Below, piece by piece: positions 48,561 to 63,549 of a stretch of 64,000 bases of DNA. Source of the DNA: Lobosporangium transversale. Taxonomy: Eukaryota. The translations under genes were made by a program, and so were the position numbers. The stretch spans positions 372,001 to 436,000 of the forward strand of contig NW_019029006.1 in the NCBI RefSeq assembly GCF_002105155.1, read 5' to 3'. The notes beneath the pieces are model-generated. The model searched no databases. It had not been told where the DNA came from and saw only the letters and a list, made by a program, of their open reading frames with translations. Every line of letters starts with the position of its first letter. Within the stretch, counting starts at the first letter, position 1.

Positions 48561-50283
48561 CTTTAATTTTAGTTCACGTCATCAGTGTTTTCCCTTTGAG
48601 GAACAATGAATCGAGAAAAAGAAGGAGAAAGAAAAATCGAGGACGAGAATGAGAAAAAAAAAAAGAGAAAGAGAGAGCACCTTGACTTGACTAGAATTTG
48701 CTGTACACATGCTATTCTACATCATTGTCCAAAACGTGTATAGGTATTATACCTGTAGTAATATAGATAGATAGATATATATATAAATGTCTTTCTTATT
48801 ATTCTAATGTTCTAATGCATACATGAATCTGTATAACAGAATGCTCAATGCAATCGAGTAGAGAATTGTCAGGACGATTGTGTCAAGCTCTTTTTCAATT
48901 GTGCTCAATGATTTCCAAATCCATGGGTTTTAAATATAAACAAAATTTATTAAAGAATTGATACATCCACATGTGTTCCTGAACTTTTTTTTTTTTTTTT
49001 TTTTTTTAAGTCCGATGTAAATCCATCAGGGCCTGTGTAATCGTATAGCAGAATGAACATGTAAACATCTTTCCACGAACACATGTCTTTTCTTTCTCTC
49101 TTTCTCTCTTTCTAATTTTTTTTTTTTTTTTCCTCACTCTACATGTACTTTGCCTTAACTTCTTTTTACATGAACATTTTAAAAAAAGTAAGCGCTCTCC
49201 AAATTCAAAACGTGGCCTCGACACGCCTTTTTTTTTCTTTTCTTTTCTTTTCTTCCGCTCTAAAGTTTTTTTTTTTTTTTATTTATTTATTTTTTATATA
49301 TATATATACACTTTATTGGTGATCCTTTATCCTGTTGATCGCTGTACTTTAAAAAAAAAAAAAATGCTCCACTTTTCTTTTTTATGTATTAATCCGATCT
49401 CTTTGTAGGTTTTTTGAGCATAAACAGAACATGAACATAAATAAATAAACAGGGTGCAACTTTGGTTTATGTAAACCATGTTTCCGCTTGCTTCTCCCTT
49501 CCATCGTGTCTACATGTACATGTACAGACTGTACAGTTCAATAAAAAGATGCTCTCGCTATATGTATACATATATACATACATATATAGTATATATATAT
49601 ATATAATACACATATTGTATAATATTATATAAATATATATGTAATGGAGCTAGAAACTAAAAAATCTAAATAAACTAGAAAACTAAAAAACTATTAAAAA
49701 TATGCCTTCAATCAAACAGACAGCTAATCTGCGCACATTCTTTTTTTTTTCTTTTCTTTACTCTTCTCCGAGGTTTATAGTTCTTGAAGAAAATAAAATT
49801 AAAATGAAAAATCTTTTGGTGTTCGGCTAAAATCTCTCTAATATCTCAAAGAAATTTCGCCCAACTGTTGTTTGATCTTTGCATGGCCCTGTCCCCCCAT
49901 CGTCAACAAACCTAAACCTCTCTTCATTACACCAAGTTTCTTTGTTTTTGTTTATCACATTTCTCATTTGGAAAACACGACTCTGCAGGAGCTTGTTACC
50001 CTTTTTTATTATTGTTATTATTATTATTATTATTGCCGCAGAAGGCCCATGCACATCATTCATCAATCATCTCTCATCCATCTCTCATCACTGACTTTTT
50101 CTTTTTTCTTTTCCTTTCTTTGTTAGACATATACCTTTAATATTGAATATATTTTCATAGTCTATGGAAGGGTGTAGGGGTCAATATCAGTCTGAACCTG
50201 ATATGAATAAAGAAAGAGTCTTTTTCATGGCAATGATTAAAAAAAAAAATCCTTGTCCTCCCTATTACAAAAGTCTTTCTTCC

Positions 50284-50442
50284 TTAATGATTCAGTTGCA
50301 TTTGTTGTATCATTTGCGAGGCCTGTTCATATTCTACTTCTTCTTCCTCCTGATCAGTACGGCGAAGTAAAATCTAACTCATTTTTTTTTTTTTTTTTTT
50401 TTAAAAAAAAAGGTGTCGATTTGTTAAAAGATTTGAAATATA

Positions 50443-50473
<31 letters not shown>

Positions 50474-51135
50474 TTTCCTAGGTATCTGCAACCTCACCTG
50501 AAAGTCCGTGATCTGGGGCAAGTATGCACAAGTACTGAGGTCCAAGATGTAAATATCATCAAAGACAGTTTGACCATCATAGCCACCAAACACAAATAAC
50601 CTAGAGTCATACAGCAATGAAGCATGGTATCCCCGACCTGCAGGTGGAATCCCGAAAATCTTGCGAGTCTCCCAAGACCATGTCACTAAAGGAAAAGGAA
50701 AAAAAAAAATTGTTCCAACATGGATATAAGGAAGGTTAAAATATAAAATATCTCCATTATTTATATATACTACCTTGCATCCCCCCCCCTCCTTTCCCCT
50801 TTCCCTCTCAATAAGCTGCTGCAAACTATTGTAGTTCATGTAGTTCATGCAGCCTATTACAATCCATGCAGTCTTGCATTCTCAACCAATATCCCTTCTC
50901 TCGGCTTACCCAAGTTGAGCATCACGACATCGCAAGAGTACCGGTTTCCGTCATGTCCTCCGATGACAAACAAATATGAGCCTACTTGCGTGGACGTATG
51001 CGATAGCCGAGGTAATTGTCGATTGATTTCAACCTTGACCCATTCCTTTGTGTCTATATTCATCATGATCATTCAGGATCAATAGATAGTTAGTCCAAAA
51101 GTATTCTCTATTCATTGGTTCATTCATTCATTCAA

Positions 51136-51169
<34 letters not shown>

Positions 51170-53789
51170 CCTCTCACTACTCTCACTTACCAAGATCAAG
51201 CACATGTACATCAGCAAAGCACTCGTGACCATCGCTTCCTCCATATACAATGAACTGTGACTTTATAAGGTTACTAGTATGGTAACCTCGAGCAATCGGG
51301 ATTTGTCCTGTTGTCTTCACCTCACTCCACCTCATCTCGGCCAAATCCAATTTGTATATATCATTCAGTGCTTGCACTCCATCTCCTCCACCAAAGACAT
51401 AAATACAGTTGTTATACACACATGTTGTATGAGCTCGACGACGACATGGTTTATCTCCTGTCGTCTGCGGGTTCGTCCAAGTCAATGTGTCTATAAAGAA
51501 AAAGATAATAATAACAATAATAATAATAAAAATGAGCAAATGGAACCTCTTCCCCTTTGGTCAAAGTCGCATGCCTCAGATTGAAACAATAGGCTAAACT
51601 AAAAAAGCGTAGCAGGGTTTGCAATTGAAAAATAAAATAAAATAAAATAAAATAAAATAAAAAAGTTTCACGTACCTGTGTCCAGCATATACAACTCGTT
51701 AAAATAATGTGGACCGTCTCCACCCCCAAAGACATATAGTCGCTTATTATCCACTAAAGTCGATGAATGAGCACGACATGGTGGTGGGATCGATCCATAG
51801 GTCTTTGGTTGGGACCAGTGCATTGTATCTAATTGTTTCAAGATATTTGTCAAATAAAATATATAATATATAATATTAAAATATTATATGTATAAAACAA
51901 GAGGTTTACCATCAATAACATTACTGGAATTCATTCCACGGTACTTACCAGCATCGAAAATATACAAAGTGTTGAAGCAATTCTTGGTATCGCATCCTCC
52001 AAAGATATACACAGATTCCCCTACAAGATTGACTGTTTGCGCACGAAGTTCCTTTGGTGGGATCTGTCCATGAACTCGAGCCCTTGACCAGTACATTGCC
52101 GGTGTTGGTGCGGGCGGTACAGTCATGCTAGGTCTAGATGCATTAGCCGACTGGTTCTCTCCTTTGTTTCTATGCTTCCTTGAAGAGGATGAATGTGATC
52201 CCGACCCATGATGGTTACTTGAGGTCTGTGTTTGATGGTGGCTATGGGGATGGTTATGTTGACGGGTAGAGGATGAGGATGAGGATGACGCAGTGGCATT
52301 GTGATTATGTGTGTTGCCAGCTGACCCTGACCCTGACCCTGACCCTGACCCTGACCCTGCCCCTGCTCCTGATGCTGGTGCTGGTATTGGCGCAGGTGTA
52401 GGTGCAGATGCAGAAGCACCAGTGTTGGTGACCCTTGTGGAATCCGGATGTGAACTAGAAGTAGCTACTTTTCCACTTGAAAAAATCGCAGGATCTGGCC
52501 CAGGAATAGCTTGACCATCAGGATAGTTATTGGTGTTCTCTGAGGCCGAGGATGTGCCGTTACTGGCTCCGCCCATGTTAGGGACAATGGCCTCACCAGA
52601 GCCAACGGATGAGAAGGATGTGTTCATGTGTGATGGTAAGGATTGATTAGCGTTGTGTGAGGAGGGTGATGGGGATGTTGGATGTTGCCTTTGAGTACTC
52701 ATGAGTGGGCGACTGATCGAGGTGGAAGAAGCAGGTGAAGAGTTTGCACTTTGAGCATATTGTAATTGTTGAGGCTGTTGTTGCTGCTGGTAAGATTGCC
52801 CTGAGGTGGGGCTTGCGAGCGCTGACATGGTGCCCGTGGAAAGACCACGACTGTGTTTGACAGTAAAAAAGCTATTGTTGCTATTTAGACCTCCGCCACT
52901 TCCGCCACTACTATTATTGTTGGTATTGGCAAGAATACTCTGATTGACAGCGTTGTTGAGAATGCTGTTGCTGATGATGGCTCCTTCTCGTGTCATCGTA
53001 CTATTGAAGCTAGTATAGCTGTGTGAGCTACCGATGCTATTACTGCTCGTGTCCGCTCCTGGAGGCGCTGCTGCAGAAGTGGAGGTAGTACTTGTAATTG
53101 TAGCCGTGGCTGTTGTTAATCCTGGAATTTGTATTTGCGCTGATGAAGGTGAAGAAGGCGAACGCTGTGAAGCCTGTTGTGGTTGATGGCGTGATGATGA
53201 TCTTGAGGGAAAGGGTGGTGGAGAGCCTTGTTGTTGGTATTCTTGACTAATGTTGGCACGAGAGCTCCCTGAACTTCTTGCTGTGATGAGTGGAGGTGAC
53301 TGGACCCTGGACCTTTTTGTCGTTGTCGTTGTTATTGTTGTTATTGTTATTGTTTTAATAAATGTAAAACAAAATGGAAAGTTGCGAGTGAAATAGTCCA
53401 AGCAAAGAATAAAATCAATTAGTTTGTCAGTTCAATGTCATGCATTCAAGTAGCACGGTGGATGTGAATGAAACTTTGAAAGAACAATTGTATGGTGATA
53501 AAATGTAGAAAAGGAACAGCGATTTTTTTTTTTTTTTTTCTTTTGGATACTGATGCACTGTCCATTACAAGATCATTCTCTTTCTCTTTCTCTCTCTCTC
53601 TTTCTTTCTTTCTTTCTCTTTTTTACTATCTTTGCACTCTGTAGTTGCCTTTGTCTACCCCATTGTCCATCTTTAGATTAAATTATAAAAAAAAAAAAAA
53701 AAAAAATTCTAATTCGATCGCATCCTCGACCGCATTCCTGAAAAAAAAAATGCAACAACTTCCCATACTTAATGACGCACTGGCATCTC

Positions 53790-53825
<36 letters not shown>

Positions 53826-53909
53826 TTCTTCTAACCTCAATGGCAGACCTGCCGCAACACTTGGACTAGCGGGTGGTGTCTCATCTAGCGGAGCAGTAGA
53901 TCGTGGCAT
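50284..53909 (-). CDS. Kelch-repeat beta-propeller protein with a low-complexity N-terminus, multi-exon
   Basis: Six kelch repeats (YIFGG, YVFGGGDG twice, VYGGSDG, VIGGHDG, VFGGYDG). The first exon (ATG at 53909) and last exon are inferred, so both ends are approximate. Confidence 0.85.
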
Positions 53910-54043
53910 TGGTAGATGATGATGTGATGGAAAAAAAAAGGAAAAGTCAAATGGAGTGGGTACAAAATTGCACTCTTTTAAAATGATAGGTCGGTAAAGA
54001 AAAGGATGTATAAGGTTGGTTGAATGGGCTTGGTGGCAAAAAG

Positions 54044-54076
<33 letters not shown>

Positions 54077-54424
54077 CGGCTCGGATAGCAGGAGAAAAAA
54101 AAAAGTTGAGTTGGGAGCTTGGAAGAATAAAAGACGGCGAAAACGTTTAGAAACGAGTCTAACAGAAAGGGATCATCCCAATCCATCGTGTCGTGTGTAG
54201 CACGAAGCTCTCTTTTTTTGTCCAACATAGAAAAAATCAATTACATGAGCTTTTTCCGCAGACGCATGGCATTCTTCTTTAATGACAAAGGACACCCATG
54301 CTTGTTTGTTTGAGGCAGGCGTCATCGATTTTTTTACCATGCCTTCACCTTTCATTACATATTATTATTAGGAAAGCATTTGACATGGCTATTATTACAC
54401 ATTTGTATTAGGTGATTTTTTTAA

Positions 54425-56106
54425 CTATGGGGCGATGTTGCAATCCAAAAATCCCTGCTCATAGTGGCTCGAGACCAAGACGCGGTTGTTAGCGACGGCG
54501 ATGGCTGAAGGTGATCCAAACTCCGATCCATCGTGACTGATCACGGGCTCAAGGAAGAGTTGGTACTTGTATTTGCGGGGTCTCTCTTCGGGATCAAATA
54601 CCACGTCCTTACGAGGTTTGGGACGCGTCTCACCTACGCGAACAGGGTATTTGTTGCCACGGGAGATGATTAGACCAGCCTTCACAGAGGGATTTACATC
54701 CTTGTTTTGTAGTTTATCCTTTGCAACCTGCAAATAGTTATTCCATTTGGGGTGCGAGACCGTGACCAACGTCTTGGTTTCCTGCTCATAATCAACTCCA
54801 ACATTTACGACCTTGGTGTGCATGACCTCCTCGTTAAGCATACCAGGCCACGTAATAGTGATGGGCTGGCGAGTATCCGCACTCAAAATTTTTTGCTCTT
54901 GATGCTCTGCAGAGAAAGTATGAGATTTGTAAAGGTCGATCGTCCCACTCTTGCCTTGTGCAATCCACACAGAGTCGACGTCATGTGAAGAAACCAATCC
55001 AGTAGGCATCTGAAGACGCCATCCAACCTCCTGTGCCTTATCTGCACGAGCGTTATAGTATACGAGTGAAGATGCAGGAAGGTTGTACTTTTCTTCATAT
55101 TCACGCTTCCAATCCGTGATGTTGTAACCGTGGTCGTTTACGATATGGAACGAAGGAGTATCATCGTACTGATGGACCGTAGGCGAACTTGAGGCTGCAA
55201 TCTTGTTGGCAGCGAAAAAATGCTCGCTTGAAATGGTCTTTTTGTAGACAAGACTTTTACGTGCGGGATAATAATAAAGCACCTCGACACGAGGAACCTC
55301 CAGAGGAACATGATTCACAACCAAGATAACCACACGAGCGGGGGTACCGTCTTCTGATGTGGGTGCAAAAGTGATACCGCTCGGATGAAAGGGCCCGTCA
55401 AATCCCTTGATGGAAAGTTTTTCTGCAGATGTTCCTGGCTAGTGCCAATAAAGAGATATCAAATAGTGGTTATGAGTACCATAAAGGATATTTTAGATAA
55501 AATAAGTACAGACAACAAATACTGATTAGCGAATCGATACCTTATTAAGATCATATAACCAGAGTGCGCCATTCTCTTGGATCTTGGATTCATCGAAAAC
55601 ACTAGCAGCAAAATTGCGATAAGGCAGTGAAGGATCGCAAGCCAAGAATCCAAGGTTGAGGTTTCGTTGAATGCGGACGTCATCACAGTAAGCAGGGCCT
55701 ATAGGGAATGTGAATCATCAGAAATTATCACAATGTCAGCAAAAAGGAAAAAAAGCGCGAGATCGAGGATTCCATCTGCATTGATATTCACTCCTACTCA
55801 TAACGACTAGTGTACTCTTTTATGTCCATCACCATCGCTTTCTTTTTTTTTTTTTTTTTTTTTTTTTTTTCGTTGTCGTTCATGCTCTCAACTTACCGGA
55901 AATACGTTGACACCGCTCCATACCAAAGTTTTCAACAAATGCTGGCCCTTCGAGTAACGATTTAGTCCTTTGCACTATTTAAATCAACGAGTCCCGAGAT
56001 AGATATAGAAGCAAAAAAAAAAAAAAAAAAAAAGACATTCAAGGAATCTGAATTAGGTGCACAAGTTCATTTCTTTTGTTATTGCATAAACTAATTCACA
56101 TTACTT

Positions 56107-56142
<36 letters not shown>

Positions 56143-56219
56143 CACTTACTAGGCAAATAGACTGCAACACTGACAATGGCTGCAAGAGCACTCACAGCGA
56201 TGAGTGTGGTGGATGGCAT
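54425..56219 (-). CDS. Paraoxonase/arylesterase-like six-bladed propeller protein, 4 exons
   Basis: Signal anchor MPSTTLIAVSALAAIVSVAVYL, then C..I.GPAYCDD, FLACDP, LWLYDL, FHPSGI, LVVNH, VEV and ISHDGS motifs. Confidence 0.7.
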
Positions 56220-57170
56220 CGTGTATATATTTATATAATTGTATCCTTATGTCTTAGAGTATGATAATTCCTGAACCTGGATCAGACAAGTCGACAATTC
56301 CGTTTGTGCTGCTAGGCTGGGTCGTGTTAAACGAATGAAGGCGATGAAGTTATGGGAAGGGAAGATGAGAGAAGAAAGAAGTTCTTCATTGTAGTTCGAG
56401 TTTTTTTTAAGCTTTTTTTTTTTTTTTTTTTTTTTTTTTGCCCTGATTATGATTGTGATTTGGGAAGCTTGTTTGGACGAGTCAGAATGCAAGGTTATTA
56501 CTGTGAAAATAAAATACACATGTTCACACAATATTTGATGTCCATCCATGCACTCAAAAAGTATACAAAAAGAGCATTGTGTTTGACCAATGTGGATGCC
56601 CCAGCACCACAAAAGAATAAAAAACTTTCATTTGTTTGCTCTCTCTTTCTCCCAAGCAGTAATTGCTCTTCTATAATCCCTGATTGGGGGCGTGAGAAAG
56701 CAACGGTTGGATACAATTTGCAGTTACAACAGCTTGACTGGAACTAAAGCTAGATAAAATAGTTGTATATTTTACTAGCACTTTGAAAGTCGTAACTGCA
56801 CAAAATATTCATGGTTAAACCGTTGTGATATGCCCACGGCGTATTGATGAATCTACTCGTTTGGTCGCAACCATTTTTCCACTTTCAAACATTCTCGGGG
56901 CAGCATCCGCGGATCAAGTGTTGTTTTTTGCTTGTGTAGCAATCGTTGGTGCTCTCTCTGCTCTCTCCCATCAACTATGCCTGGTCACACAGCATCTTTT
57001 TTTCTTTTTTTTTCTTTTTTTTCTCGTTCATCGAGGTATATATATAATTACTTGCGATTTTAAAATCAAATCATGTTGGGTAATAGAAAAGCAAGAGTTT
57101 TTCTTTGTTATGAAACTACATACATGGATACTACATAAAGGATTGTTATTTGAAGCTTTCGCGGACTCTT

Positions 57171-60100
57171 TTAATGGCGATGATGGCGATGTCCTGATCC
57201 TGGCTCCTCCTTCGCAACACGCACATTAGGCTCGAATTTCTCTCCAAGCTTTGAGGCCTTATCCTCTACTTGCTCTTTCGTCTCCTTGAGCGTATCACGT
57301 ACTTTGTCTGTAGCAAATTGGATATTGCCTCGAACTGAATCATCATTCTGATTCTTGAGTTTAGCACCTGCACCAGCAACAGTCTCGGAGGCTTCCTGGA
57401 GCTTCTTCCTAGCTTCCTTCTCGGCTTCCAATGCCAACTGGCGTGTCTTCTCTGCATACTCGCGTGACTTAGTATCAGCCTGGAGCCAAATGTCATTCAC
57501 CTGCATCAGCAACTCCTGCGACTTGGCACGAGTATCCGAACCTGCGGTCTCAAGCTTACTCTTGGCAAGTTCCTCAAGCTCAGCAAGTTTAGCTGTCACT
57601 GTCTTTTCATCCTTTCGGCTGCTCGTGTCCTTAAATACACTCAACTCAGAAGCCGCTGTCTCCTTCGAGGCTGCAAGGCGATCGGTCAAAAAGTTCTTGA
57701 GACCAGTCAAGTAGACCTCGACATTGTTAGAAAGCACCTGGACTTTTGACTTGGCCGTTTGTTGATCCTTCTCGGATCTCTGAGTAATCTGCTTGACGTA
57801 TTCCTGAGACTTCTCGCTCAACTTGGAGAGTCGACCTTCAAGGTCACCATCTTGGTTGCGCCAATCACGAACATAGGACTCGAAGCTCTCGTAAGCCTCG
57901 CGGTTGGCTTTTTCGAGGTCTTTTGCAGACTTCTTGGCCCCAGTAAGATGTTCATCGATAGCGCCTTGTAACTTGGCCCAAAGGCTCTTAGATTCAGTAT
58001 CCTCGTATTCGTGGAAGCGACCAAAGATCGATTCAATGCTAGTTAGCATAGCAGTCAAAGACGTCTTAGTGGCTTCTTGGGCATCGTGAGCCTTGTTCTT
58101 GATTGTTTCGCCAGCACCCTTAGCTTGATCTACTACATAGTCTTTGGCCTTGTTAGCATTCTCAATTTGAATGTTGAGCTGCTCTTTGCCGTCCATCACA
58201 ATTTGGTCTGTTGATCCTTTCAGTCTCTCTGTCTGCTCCTTTGCAAGGTTTTGAGCGTAATGGATGTTCTCTTGCGCAGACTTCTTCATACCCTCGGCCT
58301 GTTCGCTAACATGCTCGCTTGCAGCCTTTGCATTTCCAACAACCTTGGCCTTAATATTATCAGCCTGGTGTCCAGCGGTATCGTATGCTTTGTGAGCATG
58401 GTATCCAGCGGCATCGTATGCTTTCTGAGCCTGGTGTCCGGCGGTATCATATGCTTTCTGGGCTTGATGCGAGGCGTCGTTCGCAGCCTTCTTTGCATCC
58501 TTCTCCTTCTCCCAGACAGCTTGCTTCAACGCATCAGCTTGTTCCTTAGCAGTTCGCTCCAGCTCTTCCTTTTTCTGACCAGCAACCTTGGCGGCATGTT
58601 CAGTGTGCTTGTCAACAGTGTCCTTGGCGTCGTGCGACGCCCCAATGACGCTATCAACAATGTTGGCGCCCTTCTCCTGGGCCCACTCAACCTGCTCATG
58701 AGCAGTATGGCGGATATTCTCTGCCCGACGTGCGATAGCCTCCTGAGCCTCATGTGCCTTCTCGATCACAACCTTCTTGATGTGGTCCGACATCTTGCCA
58801 GCTTCGTGGACCTTTTCATCCTTGACCTTCTTAAGGTGTTCGGATTCTTCGGTGACGGTCTTTTGAGCATCTTGGCCCTTCTTGGCAACATTGGCTTTCA
58901 CATCATCCACAAACTGCTCTGCCAGCTTCTGAGCATTCTCTTTCTTCTCATTAGCAGCAGCCTTGATCTCTTCTGCGTTTGGGATAGCCTCTTTCTTTTC
59001 AGCAGCCTTAGAAGCAACTCCACCAGCCATACCAGCTACTGCTGCCTTAATTGAGTTCGAATAGTCGCTCGCCATCTTTTGAGCTCCCGCGACAGTATCA
59101 TGGAAAGCTCTGTTGATGTCCTCAGTGCTGGGGATAGCCAACTTTTGTTCTTGGACCTTCTGTTCCGCTGCTTTCTTTGCCTCTTGCGACTTACCGGCCA
59201 CAGATTCTTTGACTGCCTCTGCATACTCGCTGGCTGCCTTTTGAGCGCCTGCAGCCTTCTCGTAGACTGTATCCTTGACATGCTCAGCCTTAGGAATAGC
59301 GGTCGCCGACTGCTTCTCTGTAGCTTCCTTGGCCTCATGTGACTTGCCGATCACTGCAGCCTTAATTGTATCAGCGTATCCCAAAAGCTTATCCTTGAGA
59401 CCCTCAGCCTGAGCATTCGTCTCAGCTTTGGCATCCTTAGCAGCTTCTTGGGCCTTGAAAGCGGTTTGGCCTGCCTTCTTTTTAGCTTGATCAGCAGCTT
59501 CATAGGCCTTGGCCTTGGCCTGACCTGCCTTCTTTTCAGCCTCCTTGGCAGCTTCATGGACCTTGGCCTTGGCTTGGTCTGCCTTCTTGGAGGCGCGATT
59601 GGCAGCGCGACCGAGCTTAGATTTGTTCTGCTTGCTGAAATGGGTACCCCAGATCTCATCCGTCTGCCTTGCAAAGCTCTCCTTCATGTTCTCCGCAGTA
59701 TCCCGGACCACTGCGAACGTCTGTTGAGCATAGGGATTGATATGCCCCATGTAGAGTACAGTAGCGCTGTCATAGACGTGCCTGAAATGGGGCGAGATCT
59801 TATTGATCGTGGGCTGAACATGAAGCGAGTGCAGATGCCAGGCGTGGTCACTGGCATCTTTGGAGGCCTTTTTGGCGTAATTAAGATGACCATGAGCTTG
59901 ATTACGATATCCATGGAAAGTCTTTTGAGCATTCGAGATATGATCCTTGACCTTGTCGGTATAAATTGCATTGATAACTCTATGGACATGGGGGTGAGCA
60001 TACTGGTTGTAGGAGATCTTGGCCTTCTCGGATGCAGACTTGATAGTGGGATGGGCCATCTCGGTGTAGTACTTCTGGCCTTGTTTATACAATGGGCGAC

Positions 60101-60788
60101 CATACCGATCCACATAGGGTTCCGCATAGGCGCGATAGGTTTGGTCGACAGAGTGGTAGACGGGCTCTGAATAAGGGCGAAGCCAGTCATGAAGCTTTGT
60201 TGCACCTTCACAAATGGCATTCGAATCCTTCGATGATTCTTTAGGACAGACGAAGAAGAGCGTGTAGCCCAGATAGAGTATGAAGATGCGGGTAATGAAA
60301 CGACGGGTGGAGTAGCCCCTGGCGCCCACAGACATTGGAACGGCAGCTCGAATGAGATCATGGCGATCTGAAATCGTTGGAGGCGGATGAGTTGCAGGAG
60401 CAGCAAGAGCAGGCTCTTTCTTTAAAGTCACACTCTTGTTGTTAGAGCGAGCGCGTGTCACACCAGGTGGGGGTGCCGCGCTGGGTGTGATCAATTCAGC
60501 CTTCTCATGACGTGGAGAAGCTGATCCTCGGTTCTGAGCCAGCATTGGTGCCGGAGGCAGTGAGGGGCTAGATGTAGGCGACTATTTTACACAAATTGAT
60601 GTCATCGTGAGTTAGATAAAATTCATATTAATCAATGAGTATACAAGATGATGGCTCGTGTGTTTTCTCAATTTTTCACAAATTCTCACGGAGCCACAAA
60701 ACACAATGAATTATTCTGTTGCACATGTTTTTATTTAGCTTACACTGTTGGTTCTTGAGCCTGCTCGTCTTTGTTTTCCTGACGACAT
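57171..60788 (-). CDS. She10-like / LEA-like Ala-Lys-Glu-rich helical protein with an N-terminal TM segment
   Basis: 1124-aa ORF plus a probable upstream exon (ATG at 60788). It has a TM segment (IFILYLGYTLFFVC), a Tyr/Pro-periodic region, and about 800 aa of AKE-rich repeats. Confidence 0.65.
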
Positions 60789-61554
60789 GGCTATGGGGGG
60801 GTTTATATACACGTCACAATAGCTAGTGATGCAAAACTTGGAATAACTGGTGTTGAAATGAAATGAGAAAAAGGAATTGTCAAAACAATTTTTTTAAAAA
60901 AGAGAAGAGAAACGTCGCTTGTCTAACAGTAATTGGTATGCGTTTGAAAAGAAAGAAAAAAGGGGGCGGGGGGAAGGGAGGGTTGTAGAAAAAAAACGGA
61001 ATGGTAAAGTATATGAGGATATGGAAATAACAACAGGAAAAAAGTTGCCAATGGAGAAATAGAAAAAATGGAATAAAAAAAAGTTTTTCTTCTTGATAAA
61101 GGATGGAAGAAACTGGGTTGTTTAAATATGTCTCGCTTATTGACCCTACTCTTACCTCAATGCTCGATTATGCTCGTGTGTGTGGCATCATTTTTCTTAA
61201 TCTTTGGTTATTTTAACCAGAGACTGGAAGTGATGTGATGATGATTGGGGAATACAAACAACGTAACGTTCTTTTTCCTCATAGCTTACACGTAGAACGG
61301 GCCTTCGGCCAAGCGATTTTTAGCCTGTTAAAGTCCATCACCACAAGGATCATAGCATGATTTCATATTTCCTTGATGACCGCATTGTGACATTTCTTTT
61401 TTTTTTTTCTTTTTGGTTGGTTTAGGATGATCCACGTGACACGGGATCTTAAAGCAGCCTAATCCTATTTTGAAACAAGGAAAGCACAGGACAACCCACC
61501 GATTACCGAGCCGCGCATTTTCTTTTTGATTCTCTCCCATTTTTTTACTCGGAC

Positions 61555-62984
61555 ATGTCTCAGAACAAACTGTCGCTTCAGAATGCTCTCTTGACCCTCG
61601 AGCAGTTACAAAGAACGCCTTCTCGTGAAGATGGAATTTCAGAAGAACAGGAGGATCACATGAGGCAATATGGTTGTCATCTCATCCAAACGGCTGGCAT
61701 ACTTTTGAAGTTGTAGGTCACTTTTATTATAGGCTTTTAGAGATCAAGGAGATGATAAAGGGACAAGAGACTATTCATGGATAAATTTTTACCTTTATTT
61801 TTACAATTCACGGATAATAAGAAAAAATACAAACCAAAAAAAAGCTCCGCATTATATGAAAAGATATGACGCCTTTATCTTTGATAATTGATTCTAAAGA
61901 CATTACGCTTTTCTCTCTTTTATTTTTTGTTGCTATTCTTTTCATTATCATGAAAAAAAAAAAAAAAAAAAAAAAAAAATAGACCGCAAGTAGCAATGGC
62001 AACGGCACAAATTCTTTTTCAGCGATTCTTCTATCAGGCATCGTTACGTAAATTTGCCATTCGAGTAAGTTACAAGGTTACGGAGCATATATGAAAGGAA
62101 GCGAGGAAAAAGTCGTTCGAATATGAGTTTTCTGCCATGGCAAGTAACAATTATACGTTACACTTTTTTGTTTTGTTTTTAATTTTAGGATATTAGTATG
62201 GGTTCTGTATTTTTGGCATCAAAAGTCGAAGAATGTCCTGTACGAATGACGGATCTAGTCAATGTTTTTGATCATTTACATAAAGTCTTTCGACGTCGTC
62301 CAAGGCCCATTGATCCATTGGTTCTCTTTGGACAGGAATTTTATGATCTCAAGAACGCGGTCGTGATTGCAGAGATGCAGATTTTGAAGAAGTTAGGGTT
62401 CAATGTCCATGTTCAGCTTCCATATGCCATCATGGTCAATTATCTCAAGGTCCTTGAGCTTACTGAGCATCCTACAATCCCACAGCGAGCTTGGGGGTTC
62501 TTGAACGATGGGTAAGTAAATAGATGAATAATTTATAACAAAAGCAGAAAAAAAAAAAAAAAAAAAAAGAGTAACGACACAAATAACCTAAGATAGCCTG
62601 GCGTTTACTTTTTTTAGGTTAAGGACAAGTGTTTACATTTGCTATCAGCCGCCAGTTATCGCTTGTAGTGTGATATGGCTGGCTGCACGAGAGGCAGGTG
62701 TACCATTACCGACAAATCCGGCTTGGTGGGAAGTATTAGACTCGGACTTGGAGGATATTGAAAACATCGCTGGACATATTAAGTCGCTCTATTATAGGAC
62801 ATTACCCATCCCTGATCTACCGTTTACAATTACTGAAGTAGAACCGTATCTCCAACAACAACAACAACAACAACAGCAACCAAATTCGAGTACAGAAGTA
62901 GATGCCAAAACGACAAGAACGACAGATACAACAACCACAGCTCAAGTTCCACCAAAGACTACAAGAATATCTCGCTTTTCATGA
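61555..62984 (+). CDS. Cyclin L, 4 exons
   Basis: Motifs TPSREDGISEEQE..GCHLIQTAGILLKL, PQVAMATAQILFQRFFY, FLASKVEE, AEMQILKKLGF and RAWGFLND. Confidence 0.93.
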
Positions 62985-63515
62985 ATGGATTTTTTTTTAT
63001 TTGTTAATTAGATTAGGCTTTTGTATTATTATTAATTCTCATACCCTATTTGGTATAATCTTTTTTAAGAAATGATTTGTGATCCCATGTGATTTAAAAG
63101 GAGATCGTGCGAAACAAAGTCAACTTTCCTTTCTTTAATACGATGTGCAAAAGCAAAATTGCATGGACCGTGCTTGGTGTTCTGTGGAGAAACATGCAGA
63201 ATCCTTGTAATAATGGACTGTGGAGAAGAAAGGATGAGAGCGGTAAAATGAGCTGACTTTTGAATCGATTCAAGACATAATTATCCGTGCTTCTATCTAT
63301 TATATTCTAATATTACGAATCATCAGGCTTATCACATCATTCAATACCCCCTCCAATTACCATCACGATCATCATCAGAATCATTACCAACATCATCACA
63401 CTAAAACCATTTTCGAGCCCAGACCAAAAAAAAAAAAAAAAAAAAAAAAAGGCGAGCTGCGCCTTGGCGAACATGCGGACGGACATGAATGTTACGCACA
63501 GTCACAAAGCAATTA

Positions 63516-63549
<34 letters not shown>

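Noticed and set aside
57266..60406. Long antisense and alternate-frame ORFs over the She10/LEA-like gene
   Set aside because: They are shadows of biased codon usage in a repetitive coding region.
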